38,744 nt of DNA, taken from positions 1 to 38,744 of the forward strand of contig NZ_CALIJF010000150.1 in NCBI RefSeq assembly GCF_938018035.1, given 5' to 3'. The notes beneath the pieces are model-generated. The model did no database searches and was not told the DNA's origin. It saw only the letters and a program-made list of their open reading frames with translations. Positions 1 to 8,995 of this stretch are shown here, in pieces (the stretch's first letter is position 1; each line of letters begins with the position of its first letter). The position numbers and the translations under genes were made by a program. The stretch is from an uncultured Campylobacter sp. (GTDB lineage Bacteria; Campylobacterota; Campylobacteria; Campylobacterales; Campylobacteraceae).

Positions 1-1094
1 GCGATCATATCGAGCCCCACCGAGCAGATCGCGGTCATCGCTTCGAGCTTTTCTAGGCTTAGCGAGCCCGCGCGCACTGCGGCGATCATGCCCTCGTCTT
101 CGGAGACGGGGATAAACGCGCCGCTAAGCCCGCCTACTTGGTTGCAGGCCATCACTCCGCCCTTTTTTACCGCGTCATTTAGCAGCGCTAGAGCTGCCGT
201 CGTGCCGTGCGTGCCGACGCGCTCTAGTCCCATCTCCTCAAGCACGCGCGCGACCGAATCGCCCACCGCCGGAGTCGGAGCTAGCGAGAGATCGACGATG
301 CCAAATTTCACGCCAAGGCGCTCGGACGCCATTTGACCGACGAGCTGTCCGATGCGCGTGATCTTAAACGCCGTCTTTTTCACGGTCTCTGCCACCACGT
401 CAAAGCTCGCCCCGTGCACCTTCTCAAGCGCGCGCTTAACGACGCCGGGGCCCGATACGCCCACGTTTATTACGACCTCGGCCTCGCCCACGCCGTGAAA
501 TGCGCCCGCCATGAAGGGATTATCCTCGACGGCGTTGGCAAATACGACGAGTTTGGCGGCGCCAAGATCGGAAAGCCGCGCCGTTTCTTTGATCACGCGC
601 CCCATGTCAGCGACCGCGCTCATATTTATGCCCGTCTTGGTCGAGCCGATATTAACGGACGCACAGACCTTCTGCGTCGCGGCAAGTGCGGCGGGGATGG
701 AGTTGATTAAAATTTTATCGCCCTTTGCGTAGCCCTTTTGCACTAGCGCCGAAAAGCCGCCGATAAAATCGATACCGACCTTTTTGGCCGCCTCGTCCAT
801 CGCTTTAGCAAGCGGCACGTAGTCAGTAGCGTTCGTCGCCGCGCCGATGATGGCGATAGGCGTTACGCAGACGCGCTTATTTACGATCGGAATGCCGAGC
901 TCTGCTGAAATTTTATTGCCGACCTTTACCAGATCGCGCGCTTTATCGGTGATTTTTGCGTAAATTTTCTCCGCTGCCTTGTCGATATCGGGATCGATGC
1001 AGTCAAGCAGGCTGATGCCCATCGTGATCGTGCGGATGTCGAAATTTTGCTCCTCGATCATCGCGATCGTTTCGGTTACGTTTTTGATGTCCAT
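1..1094 (-). CDS. UPF0210/DUF711 (PFL-like) family protein, runs off the window start
   Basis: Missing from the ORF track because its stop lies outside the window. Manual translation from ATG at 1094 gives [32 protein letters not shown]...[15 protein letters not shown]...DLSLAPTP...[13 protein letters not shown]...[12 protein letters not shown], all hallmark UPF0210 segments. It follows an ACT-domain gene, as is typical for the family. Confidence 0.93.
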   Translation of the reverse strand, partial: MDIKNVTETIAMIEEQNFDIRTITMGISLLDCIDPDIDKAAEKIYAKITDKARDLVKVGNKISAELGIPIVNKRVCVTPIAIIGAATNATDYVPLAKAMDEAAKKVGIDFIGGFSALVQKGYAKGDKILINSIPAALAATQKVCASVNIGSTKTGINMSAVADMGRVIKETARLSDLGAAKLVVFANAVEDNPFMAGAFHGVGEAEVVINVGVSGPGVVKRALEKVHGASFDVVAETVKKTAFKITRIGQLVGQMASERLGVKFGIVDLSLAPTPAVGDSVARVLEEMGLERVGTHGTTAALALLNDAVKKGGVMACNQVGGLSGAFIPVSEDEGMIAAVRAGSLSLEKLEAMTAICSVGLDMI

Positions 1095-1103
1095 ATCGGC
1101 GCC

Positions 1104-1370
1104 TTAGATGTTGTGCATGGCGTCAAAGATCGCCGAGCTTTGGATGTTGATCTTAACTTTTAGCTTTTCGCCTAGCTCGTTTAGCTCCTCGCGCAGAGCC
1201 GTGAAGTCCTGCTTTTCGTCGCTGGAAACCACCGCCATCATCGTAAAAAACTCATCCAAAACCGTCTGGCTGATGTCGTCTATGTTTAGCCCAAGCTGCG
1301 CGAGCTTGGCCGAAACGCCCGCTACAATGCCAACTTTGTCCTTACCGATCACCGTTACGATCGCTTTCAC
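1104..1370 (-). CDS. ACT domain protein, UPF0237 family
   Basis: MKAIVTVIGKDKVGIVAGVS...NIDDISQTVL...IFDAMHNI; AAGGAG RBS upstream; canonical partner of UPF0210. Confidence 0.92.
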   Translation of the reverse strand: MKAIVTVIGKDKVGIVAGVSAKLAQLGLNIDDISQTVLDEFFTMMAVVSSDEKQDFTALREELNELGEKLKVKINIQSSAIFDAMHNI

Positions 1371-1425
1371 TCTTGCTCCTTTTTAAAATTTATTTAGCTA
1401 TTTTGAGCGCGGAAGCCCTTTAAAA

Positions 1426-1926
1426 CTACTGAATTTTGCTGCCGTTTGAAATTATCAGCGCAAATACAATTGCGACAAAAGCGTAAAATATTACCGCGAG
1501 CCATATCGCCCATCTATTCACGCCGCCGCCCCGTCTTAGGGCTTCATCGTCCTGCTTATCTAGCAATGAAACAAAACTATCGCAAACGTAATATTTCGCC
1601 ATAGTCCCGCTACTGACGCTAATTGCCGTTCCTATAGTTCTATCATGTCCATCCAAAAACGGAACGAAGCAGGTAGCCACCGCAACGGCAAATAGGGCTG
1701 CGGCAATTTTGTATTCCTTGCGGTACAGAAAAAAGAACAGCGTACCGAAAAAGGCCCACCAACTCCACGTGCTTACGTAAGTTAGCTCGCGCTGCTTGCC
1801 GGCGGCGAAAAATTTCTCGCAGGCACGTGCGTAAATTTCAACCTTGCTAGGAGTTTGCAAGAAAATTTCCAGCTTCTGTCGAAGCAGCTTACCGTCAGAT
1901 AAAATTTCTCTAGCGTAATCCGTCAT
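1426..1926 (-). CDS. DUF2628-like membrane protein
   Basis: WSWWAFF...FFLYRKEY motif plus several hydrophobic segments; GGAGG RBS directly after the trpS stop. Confidence 0.7.
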   Translation of the reverse strand: MTDYAREILSDGKLLRQKLEIFLQTPSKVEIYARACEKFFAAGKQRELTYVSTWSWWAFFGTLFFFLYRKEYKIAAALFAVAVATCFVPFLDGHDRTIGTAISVSSGTMAKYYVCDSFVSLLDKQDDEALRRGGGVNRWAIWLAVIFYAFVAIVFALIISNGSKIQ

Positions 1927-1936
1927 CTCACCCTCC

Positions 1937-2905
1937 TTAGCGATAAATCCCCACGGCGGCGCGAACCTTTTGCATCAATGAAGCAGCCGTCGCAGCCGCT
2001 CTTTGCGCGCCCTGTCTTAGCATCTCATCTAAAATTTCGCGGTGGCTTTGATAGTATTCAAATTTATCTCGCGCATCTTTGAAGTAGCCCTGCACGAGCT
2101 CGTTTAGATACGCCTTGAAGTGCCCGTGCCCCTCGCCTCCGCGCTCGTAGCGAGCCTGCAGTTCCGTCTGCTCCGCTTCGTTTAAAAATAGCTTCGCGAT
2201 ATTATAGACATTGCACCCGCGCCACTGCTTAGGCGCTTCTAGCGGCTCGGAGGTCGTTACGATACTTGAAATTTGCTTCTTTAGCGTCGCGGCATCTGCA
2301 AAAATATCGATCGTATTGCCGTAGCTCTTACTCATCTTGGCACCGTCTGTGCCCGGCACGATCGCCACTTCATCGTTTACGCGCGCTTGCGGAATAGTTA
2401 AAATTTCGCCGTGGGCGTTGTTAAATTTAAGCGCGATGTCGCGGGCGATCTCGACGTGCTGGATCTGATCCTTGCCCACGGGCACGACCTCCGCGCTGTA
2501 TAGCAGGATGTCCGCCGCCATCAGCACGGGGTAGCTAAACAGATCGTGCTTGCTCTCAAAGCCCTTAGCGATCTTGTCTTTGTATGCGTGCGCTCGCTCG
2601 AGCAGCCCCATCGGCGTGTATCCGCTTAAAATCCAGTAAAGCTCCAGCACCTCTTTTACGTCGCTTTGCACCCAAAACACCGTCTTTTTCGGATCGATCC
2701 CCAGCGACAAAAACGCCGCGGCGGCCTCGTAGGTGGAGTTTTTTAGCTTTGCGCCGTCGCTTACGGACGTGAGCGCATGGTAGTTTGCGATAAACATAAA
2801 CATCTGCTCGCCCGCGTTTTGCGCATCCACCATCTGTTTGATACTCGCGAAGTAGTTGCCCAAATGCAGCTTGCCGCTGGGCTGAAGACCCGTTAAAATT
2901 CTCAT
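1937..2905 (-). CDS. trpS: tryptophan--tRNA ligase
   Basis: TGLQPSGKLHLGNY (HIGH-like), YPVLMAADIL, VPVGKDQ, KMSKS motifs. Confidence 0.98.
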   Translation of the reverse strand: MRILTGLQPSGKLHLGNYFASIKQMVDAQNAGEQMFMFIANYHALTSVSDGAKLKNSTYEAAAAFLSLGIDPKKTVFWVQSDVKEVLELYWILSGYTPMGLLERAHAYKDKIAKGFESKHDLFSYPVLMAADILLYSAEVVPVGKDQIQHVEIARDIALKFNNAHGEILTIPQARVNDEVAIVPGTDGAKMSKSYGNTIDIFADAATLKKQISSIVTTSEPLEAPKQWRGCNVYNIAKLFLNEAEQTELQARYERGGEGHGHFKAYLNELVQGYFKDARDKFEYYQSHREILDEMLRQGAQRAAATAASLMQKVRAAVGIYR

Positions 2906-2915
2906 CGTTGCTCCT

Positions 2916-3887
2916 TTAAATCAAAATCAAATCGCCGTCTACGAAGCCCACGGCGACGTGCTTGCACTTAAAAATTTTAGCGCTAGGCATCTGCTCTCGC
3001 AGCTCGCGCAGAACCTGTACGAGCAGTTTTAAAACCTGTCGCCACGAAAGCTCGCTTAAAAATTCAAGCTGCAAGCGCGAGCTTTGCGGATAAAATTCAT
3101 CCTCGTCCTCGCACGCCCAGTAGTCGTCATCCCCGTCGTAGCTGCTCGATCCTGCTAGCTGTAGCGCATAAGGCTCGTAAAGATCGAAGTGCCACGCGAT
3201 CACGCGCTTTGGAATTTCCTCGCGTTCTAAGCCCTCTAGTAGCTCGCGCAGCTTTTGCTTTAGCGCCTCTTTCTTTTTAAGTTTATCGCTTTTGCCCTCT
3301 TTACCGTGCGACTCGGAATTTTTGCCGCCGCCCGGGCACTTTTGTTTAGACATCTTTTTTCCTTTTAAATTTAGCTCGTCGCAGGCGGAGCAAATTTCTT
3401 TTATGATCTTTTTTACGCTTTTATTTTCCACGTCGATTACGATGTCGGCCTTTTTTTCATACGCCCCGTCTCTTTCGGCGTGCAGCGCCGCGGCCTTTTG
3501 CAGATCCGCTAACAGCGGGCGCTTGGCAAATTTTTTCTCCGCGTTCTCGCTGTTTTTTAAGCGCTCGATTATCCCTTCAAAGCTTGATTTCAGATACACG
3601 ACGGTGCCGATTTTGTTTAAATTTTTCACGGCGTAAAAGCCGCCGCCCGTAGAGATCACGGCGCAGCGGACGGACTTTTCTAAAAATTTCGCAAGGCCCT
3701 CTTCCATCTTTCTAAAGCTCTGCTCGCCCTGCTCTTTAAAAATTTGCCCGATCTTTTTATTGGCGTAGCTTTCGATCATATCGTCGCAATCAAGCGCAAA
3801 CATCCCGCTTTGCGCAGCCAGCGCCCGTGCTACCGTACCCTTGCCGACCCCCATAAAGCCGATGAGCACGATATTACCGCTCTTCAT
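2916..3887 (-). CDS. aroK: shikimate kinase with an in-frame C-terminal extension of about 145 aa (unrelated acidic domain)
   Basis: First ~175 aa carry GFMGVGKGT (Walker A), DCD, STGGG and RPLL. The extension begins at MSKQKC (ATG at 3353), which has its own AAAGGA RBS. Confidence 0.85.
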   Translation of the reverse strand: MKSGNIVLIGFMGVGKGTVARALAAQSGMFALDCDDMIESYANKKIGQIFKEQGEQSFRKMEEGLAKFLEKSVRCAVISTGGGFYAVKNLNKIGTVVYLKSSFEGIIERLKNSENAEKKFAKRPLLADLQKAAALHAERDGAYEKKADIVIDVENKSVKKIIKEICSACDELNLKGKKMSKQKCPGGGKNSESHGKEGKSDKLKKKEALKQKLRELLEGLEREEIPKRVIAWHFDLYEPYALQLAGSSSYDGDDDYWACEDEDEFYPQSSRLQLEFLSELSWRQVLKLLVQVLRELREQMPSAKIFKCKHVAVGFVDGDLILI

Positions 3888-5259
3888 CGCTCTCCCCTTT
3901 TTTGCGCGGCAGCAGCACTAGGGGACTTCCCGAAAGGGCAAAGCTTGCGCGCAGTCTGTTCATCAAATAGCGCTTGTAGCTAAAATGCAGCGCTTGCGGG
4001 CGGTTCATCACAAGAGCGATCTTCGGCGGCGCAAAGCCGATCTGCGCGGCGTAGTAAATTTTAACCGATTTGCCCCGCTCGCGAGGTATCGGATGCGCCT
4101 TTATCGCGGCTTCTACCGCTTCATTGATCCTTGCGGTGCCGAGCTTGCGCGTGAAATTTGAATAAACCTCCAAAATGAGCGGGTAAATTTTATGGATCCG
4201 CTTCCTATCCGTCGCGCTGACGCTGATGATCGGCGCGTATGAAAGGAATTTAAACCTATCGCGCAGATCGCGGCAAAACTCGTCGTAATCGCGCTCGCAA
4301 AGATCCCATTTGTTTAAAATTATGATGAGCCCAAGTTCAAATTTAGCCGCAAGCCCCGCGATGCGCTCGTCCAGCTCGTTTAGCGGCTCGCTTGCGTCAA
4401 GCACCAAAAGCGCGATGTCAGAGCTTTGTAAAATTTTTTCGGTGCGATTTAGCGCGAAGCGCTCGATGCCCTCGATCTTGCCACGGCGGCGAATGCCTGC
4501 CGTGTCGATAAACTCGAGCGTGCGCCCCTCAAATTCCGTGCTTTCGTTTACCGGGTCGATCGTCGTGCCCGCATAATCGCTCACGACCGAACGCTGCGAG
4601 CCGACAAGTGCGTTTAGAAGGCTTGATTTACCGACGTTTACCCGCCCGATGATACCTACGCCGATGGTCTTGTCTGCATAAAATTCCTCGTCGCGCCCCT
4701 CTTTCGGCTCGCCCTCGTCGTTAAAGCCCTCTATAAAATCATCAAAAATTTCATCCTCATCCTGCTGCGCGGGCGCAGGGTCTAAAAAGCCATATATCCA
4801 CTCTTTCAGCTCATCGATGCCGCTGTTGTGAGAAACGGAGATCGGAAAAAATTTAACGCCGAATTCGTTAAACTCCCAGCTGCGCTCCTCGTCGCGCTTG
4901 CCGTCGATCTTATTGACCGCTAGGGCAATGGGCTTACCGAGCTTTTGCAGCGAGAAAAATATCCGCCGCTCATCATCGCTCGGAAGCAGCTTACCGTCCG
5001 TCATAAAGATTATCAAATCCGCGCTTTTTGCCTCGCTTAGCGTCTTAGCCTGCACGCGCGCAAACAGCTCGGAGGCGTCGTCCAGACCGCCAGAATCGAT
5101 CACGCGCACGCGACGATCGAAAATTTCGGCTTCGGCTCTATTGGTATCGCGCGTCGTGCCCGCAACGTCGCTCGTGATGGCGATACGAGCGCCCGCTAGA
5201 CGGTTAAAAAGGCTCGACTTGCCGACGTTGGGGCGCCCGATGATGATCAAACTTTTCAC
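3874..5259 (-). CDS. der: ribosome biogenesis GTPase Der (EngA)
   Basis: Two G domains (GRPNVGKS/DSGG/NKID and GRVNVGKS/DTAG/NKWD) plus a KH-like tail. Start moved to GTG at 5259, which has an AAGGA RBS; the ORF-track start lies upstream of the -10 box. Confidence 0.97.
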   Translation of the reverse strand: MKSLIIIGRPNVGKSSLFNRLAGARIAITSDVAGTTRDTNRAEAEIFDRRVRVIDSGGLDDASELFARVQAKTLSEAKSADLIIFMTDGKLLPSDDERRIFFSLQKLGKPIALAVNKIDGKRDEERSWEFNEFGVKFFPISVSHNSGIDELKEWIYGFLDPAPAQQDEDEIFDDFIEGFNDEGEPKEGRDEEFYADKTIGVGIIGRVNVGKSSLLNALVGSQRSVVSDYAGTTIDPVNESTEFEGRTLEFIDTAGIRRRGKIEGIERFALNRTEKILQSSDIALLVLDASEPLNELDERIAGLAAKFELGLIIILNKWDLCERDYDEFCRDLRDRFKFLSYAPIISVSATDRKRIHKIYPLILEVYSNFTRKLGTARINEAVEAAIKAHPIPRERGKSVKIYYAAQIGFAPPKIALVMNRPQALHFSYKRYLMNRLRASFALSGSPLVLLPRKKGESDEER

Positions 5260-5284
5260 GTTCGTCCTTGTAGTTTTTGGCGCG

Positions 5285-5290
5285 ATTATA
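5285..5290 (-). promoter_or_regulatory. sigma-70 -10 box for the der-aroK-trpS run
   Basis: TATAAT on the minus strand, 25 nt upstream of the der GTG. Confidence 0.65.
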
Positions 5291-5705
5291 ACCAAAAATA
5301 GATTAAAGCCAAATTCTACGCGCTCGCTCGCGCAAGTCGGGCGGCAAAATTTTATAAAATTTAGGCGCTAAATTTAGCGAAATTTTATCGCGGCACGAGC
5401 AAAACTCCGCTCGTAAAAAGGCGCCAAGGCGCGCGAGGCGTCGCCGAACATATCGCCGAGGCGGGGCTGTGCGTAAATTTTATAAAATTTTAAAACCGAA
5501 GCCTGTCCGCGAAATCTAGCGGTCGAAGCACAAAAACGGGCGAGGACGCGCGAAAGTATATAAACCCGCAGTTGCGTAAATTTTGACTATTCCGCGCATA
5601 CAAGCGCCGAAGTGCAAAATCGAGCCGTCGCGCCAGGCGCGCAAAAGCAGGCGGCGCGACGAAATATTAAAACGGCGGAATATTAAAATTTAATCATTAT
5701 GCGTG

Positions 5706-5711
5706 TATAAT
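5706..5711 (+). promoter_or_regulatory. sigma-70 -10 box for the DMT genes
   Basis: TATAAT preceded by AT-rich sequence and followed by an AAGGGG RBS and ATG at 5734. Confidence 0.6.
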
Positions 5712-5733
5712 TCCGCAAATTTAAAGGGGCGCG

Positions 5734-5961
5734 ATGAAATACAACAACTTCTTGCTGCACCATCTAAGCGTATATTATATGCTGATGGCGTGCTTTTACA
5801 ACTCTCTTACGGGCGTTTTTGCCAAGCTTTTGGGCGCGCAAATTTCATCGCTTGAGGTCGTACTCTTTCGCAATCTGCCGGGGCTTTTGATCCTACTTTA
5901 TAAAATCAAGGCTCGTCCGCGCGCGGCGCGCTCGTCGCGAATCGAAAGTAGGACGGCGTGA
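5734..5961 (+). pseudogene. truncated DMT/EamA transporter paralogue (N-terminal fragment)
   Basis: HLSVYYMLMACFYNSLTGVFAKLL...SSLEVVLFRN aligns by eye with HLGVYYMLVASFYFALNGALAKVM...SSAEIVFFRN of the next gene, then loses similarity and stops after 75 aa. Confidence 0.75.
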
Positions 5962-6890
5962 AGAAGAAATTTTACTCCGCGTTTTGGCTGAAACATCTGG
6001 GCGTTTATTATATGCTCGTAGCGAGCTTTTATTTCGCGCTAAACGGCGCTTTGGCCAAGGTCATGGCGGAGCGAATGAGCAGCGCCGAGATCGTGTTTTT
6101 CCGCAACGTCGTAGGCATCGCGATCGTGCTGTTTTCGCTAAGGCGGGTAAAAAATCTGGGCCCGGGCGGCAAGCCGTGGCTGCTCGCGTTTCGCGGCTTT
6201 ATCGGCAGCTGCGGTATCTTAGCGACCTTTTACAACATCGCTCACATCGATCTTGGCACCGCTTTTACCTTCCAAAAGACGGCGCCCATTTTCACCGCGC
6301 TATTTTCGGCGTTTTTCTTAGGCGAAAAGCTAAGCTCGCGCGGTTGGTTTGCGATACTGCTGGGCTTTGGCGGGATTTTACTCGTCGTGCGCCCGCACAT
6401 CGGCATCAGCGTAACCGACGCGGTGGGAATTTTCGGCGGCATGTGCGCGGGGCTTGCATACACGAGCGTGCGCGAGCTTCGCAAACACTACGCCACCAAC
6501 CTCATCGTGCTGGTCTTCGTCTCATCCGCTACCTTTCTAAGCGCGATGATGATGGCTGCGGGCTGGGCGCTCGGTGATAGCGAGGTTAAAATTTTAGGAC
6601 TTTTCAGCGGGGCAGATTTGGCGAGGCTTGCTTACTTCAACCCGCCAAGCCTTTTTGGCTGGGTGCTCGTGGCGCTTCTGGGCGTCAGCGGGATCTACTT
6701 TCAAATTTACATGACGCGCGCCTACGCCGCTTCGCGCAAAGCGGGTATCGTCGCTGCGATCAGCTATAGCGACATTCTCTTTAGCATGGCACTCGGCATT
6801 ATGCTAGGCGATCATCTGCCCGGTCCGATCGTGCTAGCGGGCATCGCGGTGGTGATTTTAAGCGGAATTCTAATCGCTCGTGAGCGCTAA
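5958..6890 (+). CDS. DMT (EamA-like) family transporter
   Basis: About 10 hydrophobic segments; FFR, APIFTALFSAFFLGEK and LGD motifs of EamA repeats; GTG start with AGGA RBS. Confidence 0.9.
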   Translation: MKKKFYSAFWLKHLGVYYMLVASFYFALNGALAKVMAERMSSAEIVFFRNVVGIAIVLFSLRRVKNLGPGGKPWLLAFRGFIGSCGILATFYNIAHIDLGTAFTFQKTAPIFTALFSAFFLGEKLSSRGWFAILLGFGGILLVVRPHIGISVTDAVGIFGGMCAGLAYTSVRELRKHYATNLIVLVFVSSATFLSAMMMAAGWALGDSEVKILGLFSGADLARLAYFNPPSLFGWVLVALLGVSGIYFQIYMTRAYAASRKAGIVAAISYSDILFSMALGIMLGDHLPGPIVLAGIAVVILSGILIARER

Positions 6891-7040
6891 ATTTAAATCT
6901 AATTCAAATGCGGCGCAAAGCTAAATTTTATCCGCGCCGCAAGCCTACGCTAAATTTCAGCAGTCTAAAAGCTTAAAAAGACTAACATTCAAATCAAAGT
7001 TCTACGGCGTAGAAATATTTTTCGACGGATTTAAAATTTT

Positions 7041-7817
7041 ATGCATTTTATCGGTATCGACATCGGCTCTACCTCGTCAAAGGTCGCCGTTATGAACGAA
7101 CGCGGCGAATTTTGCGAGCTATTTTTGCTGCCAAGCGGCTTTAGCGCGGTCAAGGTCGCGCGCCAGATCAAGCAAGCCTTAGAGCAAAAAGGCTACGCAG
7201 AGGGCTTCGTGACGGCTACGGGCTACGGACGCGTTAGCGTAGAGTACGCGCAGCTTAGCATGAGCGAAATTTTATGCCACGGGCTTGGGGCACACTTTTT
7301 ATTTGAGCAAGACTGCACCGTCATCGATGTGGGCGGGCAAGACACCAAAGCGATCAAAATAGAAAACGGCAAACCAGCGGATTTTATCATGAACGACAAA
7401 TGCTCGGCGGGCACGGGTAAATTTTTAGAGATCAGTGCGGGCCGCTTGGGGCTTGAGCTAAGCGAAATTTACAAAACCGCCCGAAAAAATCCCGCGATTA
7501 AACTAAGCTCGACCTGCACTGTTTTTGCAGAAAGCGAGATCGTCTCGCTAAGCGCAAATGGGGCTGAAACTAGCGAGATCGCCTACGCTATCGTGGATTC
7601 CTCCGCGCACAAGGTCGCCTCACTCATCAAACGGCTGGAAAATCAAATTTACTTTTTAAGCGGCGGGCTTAGCAACGTGCCGCTCTTTAAACAGCTTCTA
7701 GGCGAGCATCTGGGGGCTGAAATTTTTACTCACGAAAACGCAATCTACTGCGGCGCGATGGGCGCTTCGCTTATCGGCGCACGCAAAGCAAACGAAATTT
7801 CAAAGGAGACGAGATGA
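7041..7817 (+). CDS. ATP-dependent [4Fe-4S] activase (HgdC/YjiL/BadF-BadG-BcrA-BcrD; DCCP-reductase type)
   Basis: GIDIGSTSSK, ATGYGR, IDVGGQDTK, MNDKCSAGTGKFLE, SSTCTVFAESE: ASKHA ATPase motifs with both cluster-ligating Cys. Confidence 0.93.
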   Translation: MHFIGIDIGSTSSKVAVMNERGEFCELFLLPSGFSAVKVARQIKQALEQKGYAEGFVTATGYGRVSVEYAQLSMSEILCHGLGAHFLFEQDCTVIDVGGQDTKAIKIENGKPADFIMNDKCSAGTGKFLEISAGRLGLELSEIYKTARKNPAIKLSSTCTVFAESEIVSLSANGAETSEIAYAIVDSSAHKVASLIKRLENQIYFLSGGLSNVPLFKQLLGEHLGAEIFTHENAIYCGAMGASLIGARKANEISKETR

Positions 7818-8923
7818 AGATGGATTTTGACGCGCTTAAAAAGCGTAACGCAATGGCTCTGCACGATCTAAAAGAGCAAGGCAAACACGTAGTTGGAATG
7901 TTTTGCACCTATTCGCCGAAGGAGCTTATTTACGCCGCGGGCGCCGTGCCGGTTGGGCTTTGCGCCTATGACGAAAGCCCGATAGATGCCGCTCATGCCG
8001 AGCTTCCGCGCAATCTTTGCCCGCTAATTAAAGCAAGCTACGGCTACGCGGTTACGAAAAAATGCCCCTATATGAACGCTAGCGATCTCGTCATAGGTGA
8101 AACGACCTGCGACGGCAAGAAAAAGATGTATGAGCTGCTTGCAAAGCATAAGGACGTCCACGTACTGCAACTGCCGAATATGACTGGCGGCAAGAGTTTG
8201 GAGCTTTTTACCGATGAGCTTAGGAAATTTCGCAAAGTTTTGGAGCAAAAATTTAATACGAAAATCACGGATGAAGCGCTACTTGATGCGGTGCAAATTT
8301 ACAACGAAGAGCGCGATGTGATGTTGGAGCTTTTAGAGCTTGGCAAACTAAATCCGATGCCGGTAGCGGGCAGCGAAATTCATCAAATTTCATTTGCGAG
8401 CGACTTCATATACGACAAGCAGGAGAAGCTTAAAATGATACGCGCCTACATAGCCGCCGCAAAGGAGATGACCCCGCCGAAAACTCGCAAAAAGCGGATC
8501 ATCATCACAGGCTGTCCAAGCGGAGGCGTGTATGAAAAGGTTATCAAGCAGATAGAGGAGCTGGGCGCGGACGTAGTGGCATTTGAAAACTGCTCCGGCA
8601 CCAAAGGCTATCAAAACCAAGTGCAAACGAAGGGCGATCTGGTAACAAATATCGCCGAGCGCTATCTCAAAATCCCCTGTTCGGTGATGTATCAAAACGA
8701 CGCACGCTCGGATATTATCAAGGAATTTATCCATGAGTATCAAGCGCACGGCGTCATCGACGTCGTGCTAAGCGGCTGCCACACCTACGCGATCGAGACG
8801 AACAAGATCAAAGAAGCCAGCCGTGAAGCTGGAGCAAACTATATGTCGCTGGAGACTGATTATTCAAAACAAGACGTCGGGCAAATTCGCACGCGCTTGG
8901 AAGCGTTTATCGAGCTACTTTAG
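7814..8923 (+). CDS. double-cubane cluster protein-like Fe-S reductase (YjiM / 2-hydroxyacyl-CoA dehydratase fold)
   Basis: FCTYSPKELIYAAGA, LPRNLCPLIK, ETTCDGKKKMYE, TGCP, ENCSG, IPCS, GCHTY, LETDYSKQDVGQIRTRLEAF. Single Cys-rich subunit with an ATGA overlap to the activase. Confidence 0.88.
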   Translation: MKMDFDALKKRNAMALHDLKEQGKHVVGMFCTYSPKELIYAAGAVPVGLCAYDESPIDAAHAELPRNLCPLIKASYGYAVTKKCPYMNASDLVIGETTCDGKKKMYELLAKHKDVHVLQLPNMTGGKSLELFTDELRKFRKVLEQKFNTKITDEALLDAVQIYNEERDVMLELLELGKLNPMPVAGSEIHQISFASDFIYDKQEKLKMIRAYIAAAKEMTPPKTRKKRIIITGCPSGGVYEKVIKQIEELGADVVAFENCSGTKGYQNQVQTKGDLVTNIAERYLKIPCSVMYQNDARSDIIKEFIHEYQAHGVIDVVLSGCHTYAIETNKIKEASREAGANYMSLETDYSKQDVGQIRTRLEAFIELL

Positions 8924-8995
8924 CGAGTCTTACTTGAAATTTTGAAATGAAGAATTTTCTAAATTTAAAAACAAACCAAAGAAAGGAGAGGTTGT

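Noticed and set aside
88..732. Three plus-strand ORFs in the track (88-336, 333-710, 511-732)
   Set aside because: They are antisense shadows of the UPF0210 gene on the minus strand.
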